From an uncultured Verrucomicrobiae bacterium (GTDB lineage Bacteria; Verrucomicrobiota; Verrucomicrobiia; Chthoniobacterales; JAFAMB01): DNA of 64,000 nt. Location: positions 128,521 to 192,520 of the forward strand of contig CAVVPV010000014.1 of the NCBI GenBank assembly GCA_963750185.1, in the 5' to 3' direction. A program made the translations under genes and the position numbers. Under the pieces are notes generated by a model that saw only the letters and a list, made by a program, of their open reading frames with translations, searched no databases and was not told the DNA's origin. Below, in pieces: positions 55,578 through 63,764 of the stretch. Positions within the stretch are counted from its first letter, which is position 1. Each line of letters opens with the position of its first letter.

Positions 55578-56658
55578 GTCCAGGCTCTCCTCTTAATGAA
55601 CCGATGCCGAGCGAACCATCAGGCCGCAGCAGTCGCGACTCGGATGCGGCCTCAGTCCCACATCCGTCCGAGGACGGGCCGGCAGGCGATGGAGCCACGT
55701 CCGCGTCCGCAACATTCTCCAGGAACGTCGCTGACGGCACAAAAAACAGCGTGCCGGTGACGGCGCGGCTGTAGTCCAGCAGCCGGTCGTAGTTGCCCGA
55801 TGGCCGACCGACGAACATGTTCACGAGCATCTGCTCGATCCTGTGCGGGGACCGGGCATAGCCGATAAAATAAGTGCCGAACTCCCCCTTTCCCGCATTG
55901 CCGAACGGCATGTTGTCACGCACAATCTCCAGCTGCTTTCCGTCTTCCACGATCGTCGTCAAAGCGTTGTGTGCTGAGGTCGGCTTCACGGCATCGTCCA
56001 ATTCGACGTCGGAGAGTTTGGTTCGACCGATGATCCGCTCTTGGGCCTCGATGGGCAGCGCGTTCCACTCCTGCAGGTCGTGCAAGTACTTCTGCACGAT
56101 CACGTAGCTCCCACCGGCAAACGCCGCGTCCTCATCGCCGATGATGGTGGCGTCGATCGCGGCTTGTTCCACGGGGTTCTCCGTCCCGTCGACAAAACCG
56201 ATTAGGTCGCGGTCATCGAAATAATTGAAGCCGTGCACTTCATCCACCGTGCAGACTGTGCCGCCGAGGCGGGACATGATCTGTGTCGCCAGTTCGAAGC
56301 ACAGATCCATACGCGTTGCGCGGATATGAAAGAGGATGTCGCCTGGCGTGGAGACGGCATGATGCCGACCGCGGATCTCGCGAAAAGTATGCAATTCTTT
56401 CGGCCGCGGCGACCCGAAGAGCCGGTCCCAAGCATCGGAGCCAAACGCCATGACACATGACAGGCAGCCGTCGAGGTCACGGAAGCCTACCGCTCGCAGG
56501 AGAGCGGCTAGGTCACCACAAAAGGCCCGCACGACGGCAGGATGTTCCGGTCCGGGCCTCACCGTCACGACAAGAAAGATAGCGGCGCGCGTGAGCTGCG
56601 CAACGACCCGCTGTGGAATAACGGATGGCACCCTCTGCTTTTCACTGACTCGGCTCAC
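55570..56658 (-). CDS. DyP-type peroxidase with C-terminal encapsulin cargo-loading peptide
   Basis: The DyP GxxDG motif (IGFVDGTENP), and a C-terminal disordered linker ending DGSLGIGSLRGE, the canonical targeting peptide. It overlaps the encapsulin start by 8 nt. Confidence 0.9.
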   Translation of the reverse strand: MSRVSEKQRVPSVIPQRVVAQLTRAAIFLVVTVRPGPEHPAVVRAFCGDLAALLRAVGFRDLDGCLSCVMAFGSDAWDRLFGSPRPKELHTFREIRGRHHAVSTPGDILFHIRATRMDLCFELATQIMSRLGGTVCTVDEVHGFNYFDDRDLIGFVDGTENPVEQAAIDATIIGDEDAAFAGGSYVIVQKYLHDLQEWNALPIEAQERIIGRTKLSDVELDDAVKPTSAHNALTTIVEDGKQLEIVRDNMPFGNAGKGEFGTYFIGYARSPHRIEQMLVNMFVGRPSGNYDRLLDYSRAVTGTLFFVPSATFLENVADADVAPSPAGPSSDGCGTEAASESRLLRPDGSLGIGSLRGEPGHE

Positions 56659-56902
56659 GCTCCACTCCTCAATAACTCGGTTCTGCCAGCGAACAGTTCA
56701 CTACATTATACTATGGATTACAAGGACAACATGCGTGCGGCGTCGGCCTGTGAACGAGTTCATCGGCAGCGTAAGAGCCCTAACTCACTGCAAACAGGTG
56801 GTTGGCGTGGGACCTCTTTTAATGCTTCGTTGTGACCGGTTCAGTCATGCTGATCTGTTAACGTCAACTATGAGCTAGATTCGGCAGCCTAAGAGGAGAT
56901 AC

Positions 56903-57331
56903 GTGACCACGCACGACGAACGCGTCCGGCAGAGCTTTTTCAAGCAGGCCTTCATGTCCACCTTGGGGGCCGAACTAACCGCAGTTGGGGAGGGCGTTGT
57001 TGAAATTCGGCTGCCATTCTCGCCGAGCCTGACACAGCAGGACGGCTACCTCCACGCCGGCGCAGTTACTGCCGTTCTGGATTCTGCTTGCGGTTACGCA
57101 GCCTTGAGTGTTGCTCCCGCCGACCATGAGGTTCTCACGGTGGAGTTCAAGGTAAACCTGCTTGCGCCCGCTGCGGGTAAGGTTTTCATCGCAAAAGCGC
57201 AAGTCAAGAGGGCGGGCAGGAAGCTGACGGTCTGCACGGCCGATGTATTTGCACTCAGAGGCGACAAGCAGAAGGTGGTTGCGACGATGCTGGCCACAAT
57301 CATGTTGGTGCCGACAACACATGCGAAATAA
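56903..57331 (+). CDS. PaaI-family hotdog thioesterase
   Basis: [19 protein letters not shown]...[21 protein letters not shown]...[11 protein letters not shown] start as in the ORF track. Confidence 0.8.
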   Translation: MTTHDERVRQSFFKQAFMSTLGAELTAVGEGVVEIRLPFSPSLTQQDGYLHAGAVTAVLDSACGYAALSVAPADHEVLTVEFKVNLLAPAAGKVFIAKAQVKRAGRKLTVCTADVFALRGDKQKVVATMLATIMLVPTTHAK

Positions 57332-57430
57332 CACCAAATTCAACGGGAGCAAACATGTATAGTCATTTGCGCGACGAAACACTACATTGCCGACGCGTAT
57401 CGGCAGGGTGGTTGAGCTATTCGCTCGAGT

Positions 57431-58156
57431 GGCGATCTCTTCTGCTTCCTGTTCAGGAGAAACTTCGGCGATGACGTCATCGATCCCCGCAGCTTCTGCG
57501 ATCGATCGCGCGGTCACTTTGTTGTCTCCCGTCAGCATGACGGAACGGATTTTCAAGTCGTGCAAACGCTTGACGGCATCCGCCGAGTTCCGTTTGAGGG
57601 TGTCGGCGATTGCGATTAATCCTGCCGGTTGGTTGTCGATCAGAACCACGACAGCTGTCTTTCCCTCTCGACGCCAGCGATTTGCGGCTGCGCTGGAAAC
57701 GTTTTCCGGCCCCTCGTCGCTCGACGATTTGCCAACGTAGACTACACGCGAATCAACCTCGGCTCTCACACCCGAACCGACCGTTGCCTCGAAGGCGGTC
57801 GCCTTCGGCAGAGCCTGATTGCCGGCCGCGCGCACGATCGCGCGTTCCAGGGGGTATTCACTCAACGACTCCACGGCAGCAGCCAGTTGGAGCACCTCAG
57901 ACTGCGAGAAGGGCTTGAACGCTACTGTCTCGACGACCGTCGGGTTACCCTCGGTCAAGGTGCCGGTTTTATCGAATGCGACGACACTGATTTTTTCCAG
58001 TTCCTCCAGTACTGCAGCGTCCCGGACCAGGATACCGAGTTGTGCGCCGCGTCCAACACCGACCATCACCGCCATCGGCGTTGCCAGTCCAAGTGCGCAC
58101 GGGCACGCGATAATCAGCACCGCAACTGCGGCACTAAACGCGAACGACAACCGTGG
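57431..58156 (-). pseudogene. Internal fragment of a copA paralog (CPC motif through the P-domain) lacking both ends
   Basis: Collinear with 52581-53306 at a constant offset of 4850 nt, with about a dozen substitutions (~98% identity). Similarity stops abruptly at both ends. It sits inside the chimeric ORF 56975..58300. Confidence 0.85.
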
Positions 58157-58368
58157 ACCATGTTCTTTAGCGGTGCCGTTGAGTGGCAACGAAGGTATAT
58201 TCGCATCGCGTTTTTCGGATTTTCTATCGCTTTCCGATACAAATAAAAGGGCTAAAGTTTGCACGGTACGCGTCGACAGAGAAAGCAAGCCCGGAGACAT
58301 GTTGGCGAACGCAGACGCGATCTGAATCAGACTTCCCCCTGGAAATTATACGAGTATTACAGTTCAAA

Positions 58369-59058
58369 ATGCCACTTGAGATCAAAGACCGTCAAGGATG
58401 GTCGTTAGCGCAAAAATGCATGGAATGGCGACCTGGAATGCTACAGGAATTACGAAAGCGAATAACACAGGTCCTTCGACCTTATTTGCTCCTGCGGGGA
58501 GCGACGCAGACTGAGGCAAACGATATCGTTGCCGACCTCGCATCTGACTGTGTGGCAAATTTACGGGGCGGCGGATCGCTCCTTCGGAAATACGGTGGAA
58601 GAGGTACGCTCGACGGATGGCTGCTCAAGACTGCGTTGAATCGTTTCCTTAGCCTGCGACGGACTCAAAAGTTCGAGAATAGTTACCTTGCAAACGGGTC
58701 GAAAGGAAACCCTATATCCGAGACGTTCACTCTCGCGGCTAATGAATCGCCGGAGGATGCGGTACTCTCCTTAATTCGGAATTCTCTTTTGAGGGCTTTC
58801 AGCAGGTGCTCTACGGAGGAGCGATTAATGCTGCGCTTACTATACTGCGAGGGGGTAACCCAGCGCGAACTCGGCAAGATGTGGCGATGGCCCGAGTGCA
58901 AGGTCAGTCGTCGGCTGTCGCGCGCGGTGGATTGGATCAAATCGGAAACGCTTCGCCAGATAGCATTGGAAGATCCGTCCGTCAGCATTATATGGGAAGA
59001 CTTTCTAGCCTTGGGCGACACTCTACGCCTCGACCTCGTTTGGAAACCGCGAGAATAA
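58369..59058 (+). CDS. ECF-type sigma-70 family factor
   Basis: Region-2-like EANDIVADLASDCV...LLRKYGGRGTLDGWLLKTALNRFLSLRR. Region-4 HTH ERLMLRLLYCEGVTQRELGKMWRWPECKVSRRLSRAVDWIK. The start (ATG 58369) is uncertain. Confidence 0.7.
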   Translation: MPLEIKDRQGWSLAQKCMEWRPGMLQELRKRITQVLRPYLLLRGATQTEANDIVADLASDCVANLRGGGSLLRKYGGRGTLDGWLLKTALNRFLSLRRTQKFENSYLANGSKGNPISETFTLAANESPEDAVLSLIRNSLLRAFSRCSTEERLMLRLLYCEGVTQRELGKMWRWPECKVSRRLSRAVDWIKSETLRQIALEDPSVSIIWEDFLALGDTLRLDLVWKPRE

Positions 59059-59125
59059 TCGAACTTACTCTCCAACCGCAATCTCTAATGTTCAGCGCTC
59101 TGCATTTGCAAGAGAATGCGTCCTC

Positions 59126-59506
59126 GTGGGCGCGACCAACCTGCTTAACTACATCAGGATCGGCGCGTTCAGATGTTTCGGCACGCATTTCATCATCTAT
59201 TACGGTGGTGCGCGATCTCCGCTGGTCATCTACCATCCGATTGTGACAGGCTTTCATCCCTTAGCGCTGATTTTGCTCCGCTTGGTTTACCTGCATGGGG
59301 TGAAACAGCGCGAGCTTGCTATTTCATGGCATTTTCACGAGGCGACGGTACGCCGTCTGCTGAGCCACAGTTTACAAGCCATTCGAGAGGAAGCACTTGC
59401 ATTCCTTCGGAAAAGTGGCTCGTTCGGCGAGTTGGAATGGTCCGACCTCGTGGCTATCTGCGAAGACCACGTGACTTTTTTATATCAGAACCAACCCTGG
59501 AAGTGA
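59126..59506 (+). CDS. Truncated sigma paralog (126 aa): region-2 remnant plus region-4 HTH
   Basis: LVGAT...YYGGARSPL parallels LRGAT...KYGGRGTL of the upstream sigma. LALILLRLVYLHGVKQRELAISWHFHEATVRRLLSHSLQAIRE parallels its region 4. GTG start. The stop lies 2 nt before the lysozyme ATG. Confidence 0.55.
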   Translation: MGATNLLNYIRIGAFRCFGTHFIIYYGGARSPLVIYHPIVTGFHPLALILLRLVYLHGVKQRELAISWHFHEATVRRLLSHSLQAIREEALAFLRKSGSFGELEWSDLVAICEDHVTFLYQNQPWK

Positions 59507-59508
59507 GT

Positions 59509-60327
59509 ATGGCAGACAAGAACCTCAGCGATGATGGGATCAAGAACCTCAAAGGATATGAAGGTGTCATCGACGGTCTTTACGACGATTCTTCGGGATA
59601 CTGCACGTTCGGCGTTGGGCATTTGGTCCACCCAGAGGCCAAGTGGAAGTGTTTCCTGCTCGAGGCGGCTAAAACCGATGATACCTGGAAAAAAAAGGTC
59701 CAGAACGTAGGTGGAACGTCGCTCAAGTACCTCCCAAAGGGGACGGTGAACGACGATAACTTTACCGATCTCAAGACGAACGCGATCGGCAAGGCGAAGG
59801 ACACCATAGCGCAAAAGAAGTATACCAAGGCGTTTGATAACCTTAGCAAGGAAGAGAAGGAAAAAGTGACGGCCGCCGCGGAGGACGCAGTGGCGGAGCA
59901 GGCTAAAATACTCGCGAAGCAGCCTAACGACGTATTTAAAGAAGACCTGAAGCCATATGAGAAGGCCGTTGGTAGCAACATCAAGACAAATCTTACACAA
60001 AACGAATTCGACGCCGCAGTCTCCTTGTGCTTCAACATCGGCGCCTCGGCTTTTTCCACGTCGAGCGTCGTCAAGGAGATCAATAGAGGCAAGTACAAAG
60101 AAGGTAATGCGAAAGAGCGCAAGGCAGCAATTCAGGCTATCGAAACTGCCTTCGGTTTGTGGAACAAGTCTAAGGGCTTGGTCAACGATGGACTTACGAA
60201 ACGCCGCAACGCGGAAGCAGACAGCTTTCTGGCCGAGGCACGGGCTGCACTCGCCGAGCTTGAGACGAAGGATGCCGCACCAGGCGCAAAGAAGCCCGTA
60301 GGAAAGCCACCGCCGGTGCCAAAATGA
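59509..60327 (+). CDS. GH24 (T4-type) lysozyme with a large charged insertion; no signal peptide
   Basis: IKNLKGYEGVIDGLYDDSSGYCTFGVGHLV has Glu, Asp (+9) and Thr (+6) spaced as in T4 lysozyme E11/D20/T26. The C-lobe reads LTQNEFDAAVSLCFNIGASAFSTSSVVKEINRGKY...GLTKRRNAE. Start ATG 59509 (the upstream part of ORF 59173.. overlaps the sigma paralog in another frame). Confidence 0.85.
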   Translation: MADKNLSDDGIKNLKGYEGVIDGLYDDSSGYCTFGVGHLVHPEAKWKCFLLEAAKTDDTWKKKVQNVGGTSLKYLPKGTVNDDNFTDLKTNAIGKAKDTIAQKKYTKAFDNLSKEEKEKVTAAAEDAVAEQAKILAKQPNDVFKEDLKPYEKAVGSNIKTNLTQNEFDAAVSLCFNIGASAFSTSSVVKEINRGKYKEGNAKERKAAIQAIETAFGLWNKSKGLVNDGLTKRRNAEADSFLAEARAALAELETKDAAPGAKKPVGKPPPVPK

Positions 60328-60598
60328 AGGGTGAGCCGCGACGAACGAGCATGCGCCTAAGGGCCTACAGTAGTGTGATGTGAAAAACGACGCATCTAAA
60401 ATTCGATCAAAGGTCAATGGTTCATCTTTGTCGCCCGACCCCCTCACCGCCTTTTGAGGGGGCGAACGCTAACTGGGGCGCCTGTACGTGCCGCGCAGCT
60501 AGCACCTGGTACCCACCGCCCCCACCAGCAACTGTGCCACAGGCTGGAATTCTGTTGAATTTTTTGCAAACATTCACGACGACGAGCTTTGAGATCAG

Positions 60599-61207
60599 AT
60601 GCACAGATCGAAAAATAAAAATCAGTCGAGACGAAATTTGCTTTTGCTTGTAACAGCATTTTTGGGTGTGCTGTGGCAGACAGGCGAAGGCCAAGACTTC
60701 TCCAATCTGGAAAATCCGCCCAAAATCGTGGGTCCCGGTTCGCAAACTCGTGGAATTAGACTGCCCAATTCGACCGACTCAGGTGTTACTCGTTCTTACG
60801 TACCGGAACGCGGAGTGGTGATCGTTGAAGCGGCTGATGGATCCAAGAATGAAGAACCATACGTGGTCTTGCCGATACTCTTCAAGCGGGACAGCGCGGA
60901 ACTTCTCGATGCGCGATCGAAATCGAACGTGGAAAAGTTGGCGGAGCTGCTGAAGCAACCTTCATTGGGCGATGCTCGGTTTTGCATTGAGGGGCACACG
61001 TCGTCGGAAGGTACGCGCCAACATAACATGATCCTTTCTATTCAACGCGCGCATCGGATATTCGTCCTGTTAACTGAGGCATTCAGTGTGAACAAGTTAA
61101 GCTTACGAGAGCAAGGATTTGGGCCTGACGCCCCGGAAGTTCGGCCGGAGACAACAGAACAGGACCGCGAGCGCAACCGGCGCGTCTTAGTCGTCAGGGA
61201 GCAGTAG
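60599..61207 (+). CDS. OmpA_C-like peptidoglycan-binding protein with signal peptide
   Basis: NLLLLVTAFLGVLW signal. ILFKRDSAELLD...CIEGHTSSEGTRQHNMILSIQRA...GFGPDAP...NRRVLVV is the OmpA/MotB C-terminal motif series. Confidence 0.8.
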   Translation: MHRSKNKNQSRRNLLLLVTAFLGVLWQTGEGQDFSNLENPPKIVGPGSQTRGIRLPNSTDSGVTRSYVPERGVVIVEAADGSKNEEPYVVLPILFKRDSAELLDARSKSNVEKLAELLKQPSLGDARFCIEGHTSSEGTRQHNMILSIQRAHRIFVLLTEAFSVNKLSLREQGFGPDAPEVRPETTEQDRERNRRVLVVREQ

Positions 61208-61234
61208 GTCGTAGGTCGTGACGGAAAGATAAGA

Positions 61235-61268
61235 GCGGCGCAACTCCGGAATAATTAATTTGCGCCGC
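61235..61268. terminator. Hairpin between the convergent OmpA-like and DUF4384 genes
   Basis: GCGGCGCAA (61235-61243) pairs with TTGCGCCGC (61260-61268), a 9-bp stem with an AT-rich 16-nt loop. Confidence 0.45.
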
Positions 61269-61330
61269 AACTTAAGGGTCAAATCGCCAACCGTCCAAGA
61301 CGTTGCGCCGGCCAAATTCAATCATTCAAT

Positions 61331-63586
61331 CTATGGCTCGAGCACGTAGCCAACCTGACCTTTCGCGATCTCCGCCTCGATCGGTGGGGACTCAGGCGTC
61401 CCAGCTTGGACAAGGATGACTCCGCGTTGTCCTAGCAAAGTGTTCTCGGGGTATTGCCTAAATGGCGTCTCCTGCAATGGAGTTGTTGCGTCGTCGCGAA
61501 ACTGAGAACGCGACACAAGGATGAGAAGTACTTCCGTACCGGCTGGCGTCGTCGTCGTAAAAGACAACGCCTTTTTGTTATCCGTAGATAGTCCAGGAAA
61601 CGACCGGCGTTCCCCCGCTCGTAGTTGGTTTACGTTGTTTAGCCCATTGGGAACGAGTTGCGTTTTTATGTGGTCCGCAGACAGTTGAACGATCTTTACG
61701 AAGCAATTCGTGTCCGAAGTCAGAGTAAATCCCAGGCTATCGCCCACATGATAGACTAACTTCGTCATCTCGACGGAAAGTGTGCCGCCGCCAGGAATCG
61801 GGACAACGGTTCGATCAGGTTGGTTTGCAGAATTATTCGCTGATTCGGACATTGAAGCTTCTTCATATCCCGTCGCAGCAAACGGAAGAAGGTGCAAACC
61901 GAGTTCCTGAACCACCTTCCCGAAAGCGGCCAATAATCCCTCGCGTTCTATCGGTAGACCGCTTTTAATTTTAGTTGCTAGGACGTGGAGCGCAGGATCT
62001 TCGCTCCTGTCGAGGGTTTCGAGGAGTCTCTTTTCGTCCGTCCAAAACTCGGCGCTCACTTCCTCCTCGGCGATACCGCGGGAATAGCGCTGATACAGTG
62101 CGCGGATTGGGTCTTCGCCATGATATCCAGCTTGCGCCTGTTGCATCACTTCGCGGAAACGGTTTGCATCGGTTTCTATCTCTGCCCGGATCACTTCTGC
62201 TTTCGGATAAAGCTGCTCGATGATGGCGCGGTCTTGCGTGCCGGCACGATCGAGTACCTTAGGTTTTAGCTGATCCGCGAATTTTGTAAGGCTCATTTCT
62301 GATGGCACTTCGAAGCCCTGGGAATGACAAACAATACAAGAAATGCCGCTCACTACTGTGGCGTCGTTTCGCGCGATGTGAGTCTTATCCTGGATTATAA
62401 TCGTCGGTGCAAAATCAAGACGAGTGCCGTTGGGTCCAGCGAGAAATCCCGCGACCAAGCCATTCGGCAGCTGGAAGAGAACCTCGCTGGCGTCTTGTTT
62501 GAAGGCGAGCTTTCGGTTTTGCGTCAGGCGTGCTTCAATCGGGCCGATGGGGGCGAGCGCGGGTCTGCGCCCCAGCCCCGATCCGCCGCTCTCAAAATCG
62601 TAGGTCATCCAGAAAACCCCCGGATAAGACCCGATTTGGTGGCGTTCAAGGATCCGATCGTTTCTTGAGACTTCCGACAAAGAAACCCCTGCACGGATAG
62701 CGCGACCGGCCCGGAGATTGGCGAACGAGTCCAGGCCTAGTTCGCCTTCGAGCTCTTTCTCGGTCTGCGGAAGATGGAGAATTTCATCGTAAAGCGGGGG
62801 CTGCGAAGCAGCGAACAGGAACCAATCCGCTCGTAAATACGCCTGCCTGCTCCCGGTCAAAGTGCGAATACGTTCTTCCAGCGACGGCGATGATCCAGCG
62901 ATTCCATAAGGGTTATAGTTCACTATCTTTTCCCACACTTCCGGAGTCATCTGATAGTCACGGAGATCAAACCGAAGTAGCGTGCGGGAGGGGTCGATTG
63001 TAATAGCTGGTGTGATTCGAGGAGACTGCGAAAGACAATTCAGGAGCTTCGAAATCGCCACTCTGTATTTCTCGATGTTTGCATCACTCTCCGTCGGTTT
63101 GCCGTCAATTCCGCTAACATTGTATAAATTTGCGACTGTAAGATAGCGCAAATAGGGACGACTAGTCGGGGGTTGCGATTCCAGGTCGCTTAGAATGAGC
63201 TTTAAAGTGCTTTCCAGTCCGATGAATTGCCGCTGCGACTGGCCGCTACCCGTATTCGCGCTCCATTGGTCGATCAAATTCAATTCATCTTGCGAGAACG
63301 GTTGCTGGTTCTTATCTGCCCCTGGACTACCCGCGCCCTGCGGCACGCCATCCGAATATTCTGCCGCCGACAAAACGTGGACTGAGGCGAGGGTAAATGC
63401 GGATCTCCTTGTACTGCCAGAATTAGACAGTATTATGGGACCGGACAAAACACTCCGCATTTCCGCGCCACTCATTACCCTCGGGCCTCCATCGTAAGCG
63501 AGGCAGTGTAGCTGTAATTGCCAAAAAGTAGCAATGTGCATCGCAGTCAACATGATGATTTGCCGGAAATTGCTTCCAGGTTGCAT
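61331..63586 (-). CDS. Large protein with a single CxxCH motif and a C-terminal DUF4384 domain
   Basis: Mid-protein VVSGISCIVCHSQG (CxxCH). C-terminal YHVGDSLGFTLTSDTNCFVKIVQLSADHIKTQLVPNG...LRAGERRSFP...TTTPAGTEVLLILVS fits the DUF4384 pattern. The start is uncertain among several Met codons (63586-63460). Confidence 0.65.
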   Translation of the reverse strand: MQPGSNFRQIIMLTAMHIATFWQLQLHCLAYDGGPRVMSGAEMRSVLSGPIILSNSGSTRRSAFTLASVHVLSAAEYSDGVPQGAGSPGADKNQQPFSQDELNLIDQWSANTGSGQSQRQFIGLESTLKLILSDLESQPPTSRPYLRYLTVANLYNVSGIDGKPTESDANIEKYRVAISKLLNCLSQSPRITPAITIDPSRTLLRFDLRDYQMTPEVWEKIVNYNPYGIAGSSPSLEERIRTLTGSRQAYLRADWFLFAASQPPLYDEILHLPQTEKELEGELGLDSFANLRAGRAIRAGVSLSEVSRNDRILERHQIGSYPGVFWMTYDFESGGSGLGRRPALAPIGPIEARLTQNRKLAFKQDASEVLFQLPNGLVAGFLAGPNGTRLDFAPTIIIQDKTHIARNDATVVSGISCIVCHSQGFEVPSEMSLTKFADQLKPKVLDRAGTQDRAIIEQLYPKAEVIRAEIETDANRFREVMQQAQAGYHGEDPIRALYQRYSRGIAEEEVSAEFWTDEKRLLETLDRSEDPALHVLATKIKSGLPIEREGLLAAFGKVVQELGLHLLPFAATGYEEASMSESANNSANQPDRTVVPIPGGGTLSVEMTKLVYHVGDSLGFTLTSDTNCFVKIVQLSADHIKTQLVPNGLNNVNQLRAGERRSFPGLSTDNKKALSFTTTTPAGTEVLLILVSRSQFRDDATTPLQETPFRQYPENTLLGQRGVILVQAGTPESPPIEAEIAKGQVGYVLEP

Positions 63587-63764
63587 AGGCTTTATGTTTG
63601 CTATTTTCCCAGAATTTCTCCTTAACGCCGGAGACGGGCTAACTGACCCGATTGACTAATGTGTTTTGATTCCGATGCATAGTTGAACTGCGACGGCCTC
63701 CCGCGTTTCCAGATACATTACCACGCAACTGAGTTGATGCGCGACAGACCAGGCGAACGTTCGG

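Noticed and set aside
56975-58300. 441-aa minus-strand ORF that looks like a P-type ATPase
   Set aside because: Only its middle (57431-58156) is copA-like. The 3' part runs antisense through the PaaI thioesterase gene, and the 5' part is unrelated sequence. I treat it as a pseudogene fragment, not a gene.
58291-58330. ECF-type promoter (GAAC-N16-TC) upstream of the sigma gene: GGCGAACGCAGACGCGATCTGAATCAG
   Set aside because: It matches only the minimal GAAC and TC elements. Nothing similar was found upstream of the OmpA-like or DUF4384/CHAT units, so the evidence is too weak to call.
59173-59508. N-terminal 112 codons of the 384-aa ORF 59173..60327
   Set aside because: This stretch overlaps the sigma-paralog ORF in another frame and is Arg/Ser/Cys-rich nonsense. 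The lysozyme homology starts exactly at Met 59509, which follows the upstream stop by 2 nt.
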